Of a stretch of 64,000 bases of DNA, positions 48,889-62,317 are shown in pieces; position 1 is the stretch's first letter; each line of letters begins with the position of its first letter. Under the pieces are notes generated by a model, which saw only the letters and a list, made by a program, of their open reading frames with translations, searched no databases and was not told the origin of the DNA. A program made the translations under genes and the position numbers. The stretch is from assembly GCA_041395785.1 (NCBI GenBank), contig JAWKZZ010000008.1, positions 1,471-65,470 on the forward strand. Direction: 5' to 3'. The stretch comes from Pseudomonadales bacterium. GTDB lineage: Bacteria; Pseudomonadota; Gammaproteobacteria; Pseudomonadales; UBA7239.

Positions 48889-50130
48889 TTAATCCGCTTG
48901 GCGGCGAATGAATGCAGGCACATCGAAATACTCTTGCTGATCCGCAGAAGCGGCAGGTGATGCATACTCCGCTTCACTGCGTATCGCGGCTGAAGCGCGC
49001 GGCGAATAAGCGTCCAAGCCACTCGAATAAGACTGGCTGTAGCTGTCGCGCTGCTGACGACGCATGACCGCAGGACGATCCAACTCGTCGTAGTTAGGTG
49101 CCGCACCGGCACTCGCCACACGCGATTGACCCATCGTGTTATCCACCACCTTGGTTGGTTTTTCAGCGGTTGGTTTGTGACCCAAGCCGGTAGCGACCAC
49201 GGTGACGCGCAACTCGTCGCTCATGTCTGGATCGATGACCGTGCCGATAACGATAGTGGCATTTTCGGATGCAAACTCGTGAATGGTGCGGCCGACTTCA
49301 TCATATTCACCCAATTCAAGATCAAAGCCTGCAGTGACATTGATTAAGATACCGCGCGCACCTTGCAGATCGACATTTTCCAGCAGCGGGCAGCGAATAG
49401 CTGCTTCGGCGGCAGCGCGTGCGCGACCTTCGCCCGACGCTTTGCCTGTACCCATCATCGCCACGCCCATTTCTGACATCACGGTGCGCACATCAGCGAA
49501 ATCGACATTGATCAAACCTTCTTTCATGATCAATTCAGAGATGCCCTGCACAGCACCCAGCAACACATCATTGGCCGCTTGGAACGCAGTATGCAATTTC
49601 ACATTTTTATCCAATGCTGCCAGCAATTTCTCATTGGGCACAGTGATTAATGAATCGACATACTCGGACAATTCCAGCAAACCCTGCTGTGCCACCGCCA
49701 TGCGCTTTTTGCCTTCAAACGGGAAGGGCTTGGTGACGACGGCAACCGTCAAAATACCCATCTCGCGCGCCACTTGCGCCACGATCGGCGCGGCACCGGT
49801 GCCCGTGCCACCGCCCATACCGGCAGTGATAAACACCATATCCGCGCCGCGCAGCACTTCGGTGATGCGCTCTTTGTCTTCCAGCGCCGCTTGGCGGCCT
49901 ACATCAGGGTTGGCGCCCGCACCCAAACCTTTGGTAACACCACCACCGATTTTGAGCACGGTGCTGTCTTTCATTTTGTTCAGCGCCTGCGCATCGGTAT
50001 TGGCGCAAATGAACTCTACATCGCTGACATTGTTCTCCACCATGTGGAGCACGGCGTTGCCGCCGCCACCGCCGACACCGATGACTTTAATAACTGCGTT
50101 TTGTGCTAAGTTTTCGACTAATTCAAACAT
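48889..50130 (-). CDS. ftsZ: cell division protein FtsZ
   Basis: [19 protein letters not shown] tubulin signature, C-terminal [11 protein letters not shown] peptide. Confidence 0.97.
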   Translation of the reverse strand: MFELVENLAQNAVIKVIGVGGGGGNAVLHMVENNVSDVEFICANTDAQALNKMKDSTVLKIGGGVTKGLGAGANPDVGRQAALEDKERITEVLRGADMVFITAGMGGGTGTGAAPIVAQVAREMGILTVAVVTKPFPFEGKKRMAVAQQGLLELSEYVDSLITVPNEKLLAALDKNVKLHTAFQAANDVLLGAVQGISELIMKEGLINVDFADVRTVMSEMGVAMMGTGKASGEGRARAAAEAAIRCPLLENVDLQGARGILINVTAGFDLELGEYDEVGRTIHEFASENATIVIGTVIDPDMSDELRVTVVATGLGHKPTAEKPTKVVDNTMGQSRVASAGAAPNYDELDRPAVMRRQQRDSYSQSYSSGLDAYSPRASAAIRSEAEYASPAASADQQEYFDVPAFIRRQAD

Positions 50131-50185
50131 GGCTATCCCCCACCTTGTTTTTGTTAAACAGCTGTATGTGAAACTTCCCTAATGG

Positions 50186-51408
50186 TTAGAAATTTTTATT
50201 GATCCAACGCTTTATTTTTTCCAGCACTCCCGTGCCGTCTATCTCCCCATCCGCACTCGGTTTGCCTTCTTTCAGTTGCTTAATGCCGTAAAGCAGCAAC
50301 CCGACCCCCGTGGCATGGATAGGATTTTTCACAATATCGTGTCCTTTGATATTTGCTGGCGCCCCCACGCGTACCGGCATGTGAAAAATCTCTTCCGCTA
50401 ACTCCACTGCTCCTTCAATTTTTGCAGTGCCGCCTGTCAATACAATCCCTGCGCCGATGAACCCCTCTAAGCCACTGCGACACAGTTCTGCGCGAATCAG
50501 CGTAAACAGTTCATCGTACCGTGGTTCTACCACTTCTGCCAGTGTTTGACGCGATAATTCGCGAGTATTTCTTTCACCAACACTAGGAACATTTATCAAT
50601 TCATTCGCGCGTGTCAGTTGCGTCAATGCACACGCATATTTCACTTTGATTTCTTCTGCGGATTGCGTCGATGTACGCAATGCCATCGCAATATCATTCG
50701 TCACTTGATCACCCGCAATTGGAATCACTGCGGTGTGTTTAATCGAGCCTTCCGTGAATACAGCGATGTCGGTTGTGCCACCGCCGATATCCACCAAACA
50801 GACACCCAATTCTTTCTCATCTTCCGTCAACACCGAATAACTGGACGCCAGTTGCTCCAACACGATGTCTTCCACTTCCAAACCACAGCGGCGGATACAT
50901 TTCTCGACATTCTGCGCAGCATTCACTGCACATGTGACCAAATGCACTTTGGCTTCCAAGCGCACGCCCGACATACCAATCGGCTCGCGCACACCTTCTT
51001 GGCTGTCGATGATGTATTCCTGCGGCAGAATGTGCAGCACTTTTTGATCTGCAGGAATCGCCACCGCCTGCGCCGCTTCGATGACACGCTCCACATCTGC
51101 TTGCTGCACTTCACGGTCGCGAATCCCCACCACACCGTGCGAATTCAAGCTGCGAATATGGCTGCCGGCGATGCCCGCATACACCGAATGTATTTGAATG
51201 CCTGTCATCAATTCTGCTTCTTCCACCGCGCGCTGAATCGATTGCACAGTGGATTCAATATCCACCACCACGCCTTTGCGCAAGCCCGTCGATTTGTGAC
51301 TTCCAAAGCCAATAATTTCCAACTGCCCATCGGCGTTCACTTCGCCCACTAACGCCACCACCTTGGAGGTGCCAATATCCAATGCAACGATGCGATTTTG
51401 ATCGCCAT

Positions 51409-51412
<4 letters not shown>
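50186..51412 (-). CDS. ftsA: cell division protein FtsA
   Basis: 408 aa. Actin-fold ALDIGTSKV.., DIGGGTTDIAVF. Confidence 0.95.
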
Positions 51413-53259
<1,847 letters not shown>

Positions 53260-53267
<8 letters not shown>

Positions 53268-54711
53268 GTTTACCACCGCTTTTTTCTAAAGCGCCCGCCA
53301 AAATAGCCGCCAGAGCACCAACATTGCCCGCTCCTTGCGTCACAACAATGTCACCTGCTTGCAGCAGCGGCGCCAAAATTTCTGGCACGGCATCAATGGA
53401 TTCCACAAACACCGGATCGACATGCCCGCGCTGACGAATACTGCGCGCCAATGCGCGGCTATCTGCCCCTGCAATAAAAGCTTCGCCTGCGGAATACACA
53501 TCCAATAACAACAATACATCCACTTTAGACAGCACTTGCACAAAATCATCGTAGAGATCGCGCGTGCGCGTATAGCGATGCGGTTGATACACCATTACCA
53601 AACGACGCTCCGGCCAACCTTTGCGCACCGCGTGAATCACCGATTCCACTTCGCGCGGATGATGACCGTAATCATCCACCAACATCGCCGTACCTGTGTT
53701 AACCGGATACTCGCCGTAAACTTGAAAGCGTCGTCCAACACCTTGAAATTTTTCCAACGCGCGCACGATGACTTCATCGGCAATCCCTTCATCCGTTGCC
53801 ACAGCAATCGCCGCTGCCGCATTTTGCACATTGTGGATGCCGGGCAAATTGATCGTCGCTGTAATCGGTGGATGCTCAGGGCGCAACACGGTAAACCGAC
53901 TCTGCATTTTTTCTTGCGCCACATCCACGATGCGAAAATCCGCCGTTTCACTCATACCATAAGTCAGCAGTGGACGGCCAACTTCTGGCAAAATCTCGCA
54001 CAGCGGTTTGTCATCCACACAAACAACAGCCACACCATAAAACGGCAAATTGTGTAAAAACTGCACATAGGTTTGTTGCAACTTTTTAAAATCACCGCCA
54101 TAGGTTTCCATGTGGTCGGCATCGATATTGGTCACCACCGACACCATCGGCTGCAAATGCAAAAACGAAGCGTCACTTTCATCCGCTTCTGCTACTAAAT
54201 AACGGCTAGCGCCCAAGCGCGCGTTGCTGCCAGAACTGTTGAGCAAACCGCCAATCACATAGGTGGGGTCGCGCCCCGCTTCTGCCAACACAGACGCAAT
54301 CAAACTGGTGGTGGTGGTTTTTCCATGTGCGCCTGCCACAGCAATTCCGTGACGATAGCGCATGATTTCCGCCAACATTTCTGCACGGCGCACCACAGGG
54401 ATACGGCGCTCGCGCGCAGCCAATAATTCTGGATTTTTTGGATCAATTGCCGTCGACACCACCACCACATCTACAGCGACAACATTATCTGCTGCATGAC
54501 CGATGACTACTTCCGCGCCCAAGTTGCGCAAACGCGACACCACCGGTCCTTCGCGCAAATCAGAGCCAGAAATGAGATAGCCCTGATTTAACAACACTTC
54601 CGCAATACCACACATACCGGCACCGCCAATGCCGATGAAATGAATGCGGCGAATGCGGCGCATATCGGGCACAAAAAAGTTAGCGTCTGTCATGCGTTGT
54701 GGATCAGTCAC
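53260..54711 (-). CDS. murC: UDP-N-acetylmuramate--L-alanine ligase
   Basis: 483 aa. [27 protein letters not shown]. Confidence 0.95.
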
Positions 54712-55801
54712 GCGATCCTTCCTCTACGAAAATATCTTCACAAATGGTGGCAACTTTGCTAGCAGCATCCGGCTGCGCCAATCCTTTCATGGCATGCGAC
54801 ATCGCCTGCAAAGTTTTGCGATCTTGCATCAATGTTTGAATCTCGCGCGCCAGTGTTTTGGCGTCCAATGTTGTCTGCGGCAACACACGCGCCGCTTTCA
54901 CTTTTTCAAACCAGCGCGCATTGACCGTTTGATGATCGTCAATAGCCGTTGGCAGTGGGATCAACAACGCGGGCAATTGTGCGCAAGCCAATTCATACAG
55001 CGTCATTGCACCGGCGCGGCACACGACAAAATCTGTTTGCTGGTATCTTTCCATCATGTTTTCAACAAACGGTTCAATACGCGCAGTCACTTGCGCTTTG
55101 GCATAGCTTTTAACTGTTTCTTGCAATAAATCACGACCGGCTTGATGAAAAACTTCTGGTCTTTCATGTTCCGGCAACAATGACAAGGCTTGTGGCAACA
55201 AAGTATTCAGCGCACGCGCGCCTTGACTACCGCCTAGCACCAACATGCGCAGGCGCACCGGCGGCAGTTCAATTTTCTTGGGTGAAAATGCCAGCGTCGC
55301 AATATCGTCGCGCACAGGGTTGCCTACCAATTCACCTTGTGCAAACACTTCCGGAAAAGCGAATAAGCGTTTGCGTGCGTAACGCGCCAAAATGCGATTC
55401 GTTGTACCGGCAACGGCATTCTGCTCGTGCACAACTAGCGGGATACGCAACCAGCGTGCAACTAAACCACCCGGCCCTGCAGCAAAGCCTCCCATACCGA
55501 GCACTACATCTGGACGGAAGTGGCGCAAGATGCGCCACGACTGCCAATGCGCGCGCAACAATTGCCACGGTGCCGCCAATAACTTTTGCAAACTTTTGCC
55601 GCGCAAACCTACGGCTGTGATGCAGTGCAGTGGAATATTTTCAGCAGGCACCACGCGCGCTTCAATGCCGTTTTGCGTGCCCAACCACTCCACTTGCCAG
55701 CCGCGCTGACGCAGCACTTTAGCCACTGCAATGGCAGGAAAAACATGGCCGCCGGTGCCGCCGGCCATAATCAGTGCACGACCTTTTCGTTTCGCACTCA
55801 T
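54704..55801 (-). CDS. murG: undecaprenyldiphospho-muramoylpentapeptide beta-N-acetylglucosaminyltransferase
   Basis: 365 aa. [17 protein letters not shown]-terminus. Confidence 0.95.
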   Translation of the reverse strand: MSAKRKGRALIMAGGTGGHVFPAIAVAKVLRQRGWQVEWLGTQNGIEARVVPAENIPLHCITAVGLRGKSLQKLLAAPWQLLRAHWQSWRILRHFRPDVVLGMGGFAAGPGGLVARWLRIPLVVHEQNAVAGTTNRILARYARKRLFAFPEVFAQGELVGNPVRDDIATLAFSPKKIELPPVRLRMLVLGGSQGARALNTLLPQALSLLPEHERPEVFHQAGRDLLQETVKSYAKAQVTARIEPFVENMMERYQQTDFVVCRAGAMTLYELACAQLPALLIPLPTAIDDHQTVNARWFEKVKAARVLPQTTLDAKTLAREIQTLMQDRKTLQAMSHAMKGLAQPDAASKVATICEDIFVEEGSRD

Positions 55802-57018
55802 CCCTTCACCACATGCGGTTTGACCGCCAATCGATTTTCAAAACTCAGGCGCAAAACCATTGCCGCCATCGCCACACTAACCATCAAACTGCTGCCGCCA
55901 TAACTGATAAAAGGCAGCGTCAATCCTTTGGTCGGCAACAAGCCCGATGCCACGCCGATATTGATAAACGCTTGAAATGCGATCACCAAGGCCAAGCCCA
56001 TCGCCACCAAGGCGCCAAAAATTTCGCCGCGATCTGCAGCCACACGCGCCACACAAAACATGCGCCACACCAAAGCCGCGAACAATCCAATCACGACTAC
56101 GCAGCCTGCCAAACCGGCTTCTTCCGCCCAAATACTGAATACAAAATCCGTGTGTGCCTCAGGCAAATAAAAGAGCTTTTGCACACTGTGGCCCAAACCC
56201 ACACCCAAGCCTTCACCGCGACCAAAAGCGATCAAGGACTGCGTGAGCTGATAACCACTTTTGTACATCACCGCTTCATCCCACGGATCGACAAACGCCA
56301 TCAAGCGCGCAAAGCGATAGGATTTTGTTACGGCCAACACACCCGCCGCTAATAGCGCCAGCACAAAAAACGGCAAAAAGCGTTTTAACGGAGCGCCGGC
56401 AAGAAAGAGCAGTGCCAGTGTCGATAAACCGATAACAACAGCTGCGCCAAAATCCGGCTCAGCCAGCAATAAAAACGCCAAACCAATCAACACAATGAAC
56501 GGTTTACCAAAGCCCCACCAGCTGGCATACATTTCATCACGCCGCCGCACCAAATAACCGGAGAAGAAAACAACAGCGGCACATTTTGCAATTTCCGATA
56601 CTTGCAGGGTCATGAAACCCAAACTGATCCAACGCTGACTACCATTAACACGCTTACCGATATGCGGCACCAACACCAACAACAACAGCACGACAGCCAG
56701 CACCAAAAATGAAGTATCCACTCTTTTCCAAACGGTAAATGGAATGCGCAATACCACGGCACCCAACATCAACGCCATCAAGGCATACACACCATGGCGC
56801 TTGGAAAAATAAAAGGTATCGCCCATTTTTTGCGCGGCGTAATCCAAAGATGCCGAGCTGACCATCACCCAACTAATGCACAACAATGCCAGCGTAATCA
56901 CCAACAACGGCGTATCCATTTCCCACACCAAATTGCCGCGATGATTACTGCGCACAGGATAATCGCCGGCGGCAACACGAGCCCACACCGTGCGCGTTTT
57001 TGACATCAACGCATTCAT
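55798..57018 (-). CDS. ftsW: cell division peptidoglycan polymerase FtsW
   Basis: SEDS-family multi-TM protein. ATG 57018 forms an ATGA overlap with the murD stop. The longer track ORF to 57195 overlaps murD. Confidence 0.9.
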   Translation of the reverse strand: MNALMSKTRTVWARVAAGDYPVRSNHRGNLVWEMDTPLLVITLALLCISWVMVSSASLDYAAQKMGDTFYFSKRHGVYALMALMLGAVVLRIPFTVWKRVDTSFLVLAVVLLLLVLVPHIGKRVNGSQRWISLGFMTLQVSEIAKCAAVVFFSGYLVRRRDEMYASWWGFGKPFIVLIGLAFLLLAEPDFGAAVVIGLSTLALLFLAGAPLKRFLPFFVLALLAAGVLAVTKSYRFARLMAFVDPWDEAVMYKSGYQLTQSLIAFGRGEGLGVGLGHSVQKLFYLPEAHTDFVFSIWAEEAGLAGCVVVIGLFAALVWRMFCVARVAADRGEIFGALVAMGLALVIAFQAFINIGVASGLLPTKGLTLPFISYGGSSLMVSVAMAAMVLRLSFENRLAVKPHVVKG

Positions 57019-58367
57019 GTCAACGCCTCCACTGCAGCACAAAATTGTCGCCCGCGATCTTCGTAGCTCTGAAACATATCGAAACTGGCGCACGCCGGTG
57101 ACAACAAAACCACATCGCCGTTTTGCGCAATGCCGGCGGCTTGCTGCACCGCATCCACCATAGACAGCGCTCGAAACTGCGGCACGCGCTGACAACTGGC
57201 GGCAATCATGTCAGCGTCGCGACCAATCAATACCAAGGCGCGCACATAGCGCTCTACCACGGGCGACAGCACGGAAAAGTCCGCCCCTTTGCCTTCACCG
57301 CCGGCAATCAACACCACACTTTTTTCTTGGCCGAGACCTTCAACGGCCGCGATGGTGGCGCCGACATTGGTGCCTTTCGAATCGTTATAAAAACGCACGG
57401 CATTTTTTTCTGCCACCCACTGACAGCGGTGCGGCAGGCCATTAAATGTGCGCACTGCCGCTGCGCATTTTTCTAAATCCCATCCCGCTGCAGCTGCCAA
57501 TGCAAAAGCTGCGGCCACATTCGCGACATTGTGCATACCGGCAATGCGAATATCAGCGAGTGGCAATAATTTTTTGTTGCTGCCTAACACCAACCACGCC
57601 TGATTATCTATCTCTCGCACGCAAACCGACTGTTCAGTATCCACAGAACTATCAACACCAAAAGACCAACGCGGCGCAGAAACCGTTTCATCTGCCTGCG
57701 TCAATGTATCAGCGCGATTGAATACAATATTTTTTGCGCGCTGATAAATCCTGTGCTTGGCGCGAGTGTAATCCGCCACACCGGCATAGCGGTCCATGTG
57801 GTCGTCGCTAATATTCAACACCGTTGCCACTTGCGCGCTCAGACTGTGCGTGGTTTCCAACTGAAAACTGGACAACTCCAGCACATAACAATCCGTAACC
57901 GCATCGCACTGCAGCATGTCCAGCACCGGCGTGCCCAAGTTGCCACCCACACCGGCGCGCAAACCGCAAGCCGCCGCCATTTCGCCGACCAGCGTGGTCA
58001 CTGTGCTTTTGGCATTGGAACCGGTGATGGCAATAATCGGCTTCGAGGTTGCACGCACAAACAATTCAATATCGCCCAACAAAGCCACGCCGGCAGCAGC
58101 AGCCGTTTGCAGCGCCGGCTCCCGCACAGACACACCGGGACTGACAATAATCTCACTCGCTTCACACAACAGCGCGGCATTTAACGCGCCGCAGTAAAAA
58201 TCCACAGCGGGATATTGCGCGCGCAGTGCATCCAGATTGGCAACTGTTACGCGCGTATCACACCACACAAACGCCTCACCGCGACTTTGCAAAAATTGCG
58301 CGCAGGACTGGCCCGTTTTGCCCATCCCAATAATCGCGCGTTTTTTTGCAGTCACACTCACAACCAA
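57015..58367 (-). CDS. murD: UDP-N-acetylmuramoylalanine--D-glutamate ligase
   Basis: IIGMGKTGQS, ITGSNAKSTV. The start is TTG 58367 or GTG 58361 (GAGGG upstream). Confidence 0.93.
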   Translation of the reverse strand: MVVSVTAKKRAIIGMGKTGQSCAQFLQSRGEAFVWCDTRVTVANLDALRAQYPAVDFYCGALNAALLCEASEIIVSPGVSVREPALQTAAAAGVALLGDIELFVRATSKPIIAITGSNAKSTVTTLVGEMAAACGLRAGVGGNLGTPVLDMLQCDAVTDCYVLELSSFQLETTHSLSAQVATVLNISDDHMDRYAGVADYTRAKHRIYQRAKNIVFNRADTLTQADETVSAPRWSFGVDSSVDTEQSVCVREIDNQAWLVLGSNKKLLPLADIRIAGMHNVANVAAAFALAAAAGWDLEKCAAAVRTFNGLPHRCQWVAEKNAVRFYNDSKGTNVGATIAAVEGLGQEKSVVLIAGGEGKGADFSVLSPVVERYVRALVLIGRDADMIAASCQRVPQFRALSMVDAVQQAAGIAQNGDVVLLSPACASFDMFQSYEDRGRQFCAAVEALT

Positions 58368-58374
58368 CCCTCTG

Positions 58375-59457
58375 TTAACGCAGCTTCAGCGTTGCCAATC
58401 CAATCAAAATCAGAATGACGGTGATAATCCAAAACCGCACAATCACGCGCGGCTCTGGCCAGCCTTTCAATTCAAAGTGATGATGTATCGGCGCCATGCG
58501 AAAGATGCGCTTGCCTGTCAATTTGAACGATGCCACTTGCAAAATCACCGACACGGTTTCCATCACAAACACACCACTCATGATGAAGAACACAATTTCA
58601 TGCCGCACAATGACTGCAATCAAACCCAAGGCTGCACCCAAGGCCAAGGCACCCACATCGCCCATAAACACTTGCGCGGGATACGTGTTAAACCAGAGAA
58701 AACCCAAACCAGCACCGACAAATGCGCCGCAAAAAACAATCAGCTCACCTGCACCTTCGATATAGGGCAAATTCAAATAGCCCGCGAATTTAAAATTGCC
58801 CACCGCGTAAGCAAAAACAGCCAAGGCACCGGCGATCATCACCGAAGGCATGATGGCCAAACCGTCTAAACCATCCGTCAAATTCACTGCATTGCTGGAA
58901 CCAACAATCACGAAGTAAACGAAAGGCACATAAAACCAGCCGAGATTGATTGCCACATTTTTGAAAAATGGCACATACAACTGCAACTCCACAGGCGTTT
59001 TCGCTGTTTCATATAAAAACAGTGCCGCAGCCAAGCCAAATACTGACTGCCAAAAATATTTCCAACGCGACGGCAAGCCGCGCGAATTTTTTTCCACCAC
59101 CTTGCGCCAGTCGTCCACCCAGCCGATAGCGGCAAAACACACCGTGGTCAGCACCACTACCCACACATAGCGATTGTCTAATTTTGCCCACAACAATGTA
59201 CTCAAACAGATGGACAACAAAATCAACACACCACCCATCGTGGGTGTGCCAGATTTTCCTAAATGCGTTTGCGGGCCGTCGGTGCGCACGGATTGGCCGA
59301 TTTTCAAACGCTGCAGATAGGCGATAACGGCCGGCCCCATCAGCAGAGAAAATATCAACGCGGTTAACACACCCATCACCGCGCGCAGCGTTTGGTACTG
59401 CACCACATTAAAGGCGCTCCAATACTGCGCCAAATATTCAGACAACCATATCAACAT
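58375..59457 (-). CDS. mraY: phospho-N-acetylmuramoyl-pentapeptide-transferase
   Basis: 360 aa. 10-TM MraY with [13 protein letters not shown]. Confidence 0.96.
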   Translation of the reverse strand: MLIWLSEYLAQYWSAFNVVQYQTLRAVMGVLTALIFSLLMGPAVIAYLQRLKIGQSVRTDGPQTHLGKSGTPTMGGVLILLSICLSTLLWAKLDNRYVWVVVLTTVCFAAIGWVDDWRKVVEKNSRGLPSRWKYFWQSVFGLAAALFLYETAKTPVELQLYVPFFKNVAINLGWFYVPFVYFVIVGSSNAVNLTDGLDGLAIMPSVMIAGALAVFAYAVGNFKFAGYLNLPYIEGAGELIVFCGAFVGAGLGFLWFNTYPAQVFMGDVGALALGAALGLIAVIVRHEIVFFIMSGVFVMETVSVILQVASFKLTGKRIFRMAPIHHHFELKGWPEPRVIVRFWIITVILILIGLATLKLR

Positions 59458-60818
59458 ACCAATTCCTCTGTGGCGGCCAATTGATCAGCAACTCTGTCCA
59501 TACCGGCACTGCGCGATCCCTTAATCAAAAAAACACTCTGTTCATTAGCCAATGCAACACACTGCTGCGCCAACAATTCCCAACTAGAGAAATGTTTTGC
59601 ACCTGTACCAAATGCTTCTGCAGTTGCACGCGATAACTCACCCGTGACCAGCAATGTTTTTACACCCACTTCTTTGGCGTAAGCACCAATGCCGGCATGC
59701 AGCGCGCGCGCATCCGCGCCCAACTCCGCCATATCACCGAGCACCAAAATTTTCTCGCCGGCACACAACTGCAACACATCAATCGCGGCGCGCACCGAAG
59801 TGGGATTCGCGTTATAGCTGTCGTCAATCACACGACAACTTTTAATACCCTTGCGCGTTTGCAAACGCCCTTTGTACGGTTGCGCCACATGCAAGCCCGC
59901 GCAAACAACATCCAGCGCCAAACCGAGCGCCAAACAACTGGCCGCCGCCGCTAACGCATTGCTGACATTGTGCACACCGAGAAATTGCAGCGCGATATGA
60001 CGACTTTCATGATTGGCGTGCAATGTAAAATTCACACCACTCGCCGACTGCGCAATATCCGTCGCCAATACATCCGCTGGTTTTTCGGCAGAAAAAGTGA
60101 TGGTTTTTATAGCGGCGGGCAGCAGCTCCAAGGTGGCGGCTGTCCAACTATTGTCGAGATTGATTACCGCAATTCCGTTTGCTGCTAAGCCCTCAAAAAT
60201 TTCGCACTTGCCCGCAGCTATATTGTCGACAGAACCAAACCCCTCGAGATGCGCGGTACCCACATTGGTAACCAGTGCCACATCTGGCTTTACCAAATGC
60301 GTGAGGTAGCGAATCTCACCCACTGCACTGGCACCCATTTCAACAACCGCACAGTCGTGCTCGGGCGACAATGACAACAGCGTCAACGGCACCCCGAGAT
60401 GATTATTGAGATTACCTTGTGTCACCAAGGGTTTGCCTTGTTGCGCAAGGATGGCCGCGATCATTTCTTTGGTGGTGGTTTTTCCCGCGCTGCCGGTTAA
60501 GCCAATCACCCTGCCTTGAAAACACCGCCTATTCAGCTCGGCAATTTTTCCCAAAGCCAACACCGTGTCTGGCACACACAACTGTGGCAGCGACAAATCT
60601 GAATGGATTTTTTCCACCAAGGCAGCCGCTGCCTCGGCCCGCTGCACATCAGCTAAAAAATTATGCGCATCAAAGTTTTCACCCTTGAGCGCAACAAACA
60701 AATCACCAGTTTGTACTTGGCGGCTATCTGTCACTACGCGCGAAAATGTCGTGTCCACTGCACTGCGCGCTACGCTGCAAGCGTCTGCCACAGCAAACAA
60801 AGACTGCGGCCGCATCAT
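59451..60818 (-). CDS. murF: UDP-N-acetylmuramoyl-tripeptide--D-alanyl-D-alanine ligase
   Basis: 455 aa. [13 protein letters not shown]. Confidence 0.94.
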   Translation of the reverse strand: MMRPQSLFAVADACSVARSAVDTTFSRVVTDSRQVQTGDLFVALKGENFDAHNFLADVQRAEAAAALVEKIHSDLSLPQLCVPDTVLALGKIAELNRRCFQGRVIGLTGSAGKTTTKEMIAAILAQQGKPLVTQGNLNNHLGVPLTLLSLSPEHDCAVVEMGASAVGEIRYLTHLVKPDVALVTNVGTAHLEGFGSVDNIAAGKCEIFEGLAANGIAVINLDNSWTAATLELLPAAIKTITFSAEKPADVLATDIAQSASGVNFTLHANHESRHIALQFLGVHNVSNALAAAASCLALGLALDVVCAGLHVAQPYKGRLQTRKGIKSCRVIDDSYNANPTSVRAAIDVLQLCAGEKILVLGDMAELGADARALHAGIGAYAKEVGVKTLLVTGELSRATAEAFGTGAKHFSSWELLAQQCVALANEQSVFLIKGSRSAGMDRVADQLAATEELVC

Positions 60819-62317
60819 GCGCGCACCTCTGCATTTTGTAGACGGCGCTGCTGCAATTGGCTTTGCGCTTGTTCAATATCAGAAAACGGCAGGCGCACAC
60901 CGAGCACTTCCTGATAATTCTCGTGACCTTTTCCCGCTAACAACACCACATCACCGCGCGCTGCATTGCGAACGGCATAGGCAATTGCCTCTGCACGATC
61001 AACAATAACGCGGTGCCGCGACAGCGAACCGGCACTCGCTGAAAAACCCGCCACAATATCCGCAATAATATTTTCTGATCTTTCATTGCGTGGATTGTCG
61101 CTAGTGACGACCACTTCATCGGCAAATGCCTGCGCTACTTGCGCCATTTGCGAGCGTTTACCTGCATCGCGATTGCCGCCACAACCAAATACACACCACA
61201 GTTTTTCTGTCGTTTGCGGCCGCAGCGCTTGCAGAATTTTTTGCAGCGCATCCGGCGTGTGCGCGTAATCCACCACCACCAAAATCTCGTCGCTCTGTTC
61301 ACTCACAATGTGTGTGCGCCCCGGCACGGCTTGTAACTGTGCAACTGCATGTAACACAGCGTCCAAGCGCATGCCGTGACCACACAGGGTGGCTACAACC
61401 GCTAACGCGTTCAACAGGTTATACCCCCCCGGGAACCTGCTGTGTAGCTCACCCTTCCCCCAAGGCGTACGGATACTGGCAGCGATTCCCTGTCCAGTTA
61501 CCTCATAACGCTCCACTCCGAGTTCACTTGTTTTGCTTTCCAGTGCATAACCAAACACTGTTTTTCCTGCACGCTGCATGTGTTGAATCAATTGCTGACC
61601 AAATGCATCGTCAGCATTGATCACCGCAAATTGCAGCGATGCCACATCAAACAGTTTTTGTTTTTCTGCCGCGTAATTTTCCATCGTGCCGTGATAATCG
61701 AGATGGTCGCGCGTCAAATTGGTAAAAATAGCGGAAGCAAATTGCACATGATCGACACGCTGTTGACTCAGTGCATGCGACGACACTTCCATCGCCACCA
61801 TTTGCGCACCTTGCTGCACAAAATTGGCCAACAAATGTTGCACGGTTAAGACATCAGGCGTGGTCATGCCTGTTTCATCGCGATACGCATGCGCAATCAT
61901 GCCGCATCCCAGTGTGCCGATGATGGCTGCATCACCAGATACCTGTTGCCACGCTTGCGCCAGCCAATGTGAGCACGAGGTTTTTCCATTCGTGCCAGTT
62001 ACACCGATCACTTTGCAGCGCAGCGATGGCTCACCGTAAAACGCACTGGCTATCGCGCCCAACTTAGCTTTGAGATTTTCAACCGCAATCAGCGGCACTG
62101 CACTGGAGACACTAAATTGCTTTTCCTGATCGACAACGACAGCAGCCGCACCTTGCGCGATGGCTTGCGCAATATGCGCCGCCATGGCTTGTTCGCCTGC
62201 CAGCGCAAAAAAGACATCGTTGGCACTCACGACGCGGCTATCCAATTGCAAATGGGCTATCGCCGTATGCGTCAACACATCACCCAGCCATGGCTGCATC
62301 GCTGCCACGCCACTCAT
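60815..62317 (-). CDS. murE: UDP-N-acetylmuramoyl-L-alanyl-D-glutamate--2,6-diaminopimelate ligase
   Basis: 500 aa. GVTGTNGKTS, DNPR motif (VTSDNPRNE). Confidence 0.94.
   Translation of the reverse strand: MSGVAAMQPWLGDVLTHTAIAHLQLDSRVVSANDVFFALAGEQAMAAHIAQAIAQGAAAVVVDQEKQFSVSSAVPLIAVENLKAKLGAIASAFYGEPSLRCKVIGVTGTNGKTSCSHWLAQAWQQVSGDAAIIGTLGCGMIAHAYRDETGMTTPDVLTVQHLLANFVQQGAQMVAMEVSSHALSQQRVDHVQFASAIFTNLTRDHLDYHGTMENYAAEKQKLFDVASLQFAVINADDAFGQQLIQHMQRAGKTVFGYALESKTSELGVERYEVTGQGIAASIRTPWGKGELHSRFPGGYNLLNALAVVATLCGHGMRLDAVLHAVAQLQAVPGRTHIVSEQSDEILVVVDYAHTPDALQKILQALRPQTTEKLWCVFGCGGNRDAGKRSQMAQVAQAFADEVVVTSDNPRNERSENIIADIVAGFSASAGSLSRHRVIVDRAEAIAYAVRNAARGDVVLLAGKGHENYQEVLGVRLPFSDIEQAQSQLQQRRLQNAEVRA

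Noticed and set aside
49283-50182. 299-aa plus-strand ORF
   Set aside because: It is antisense to ftsZ, Ser/Thr/Ala/Pro-rich, and a shadow ORF.
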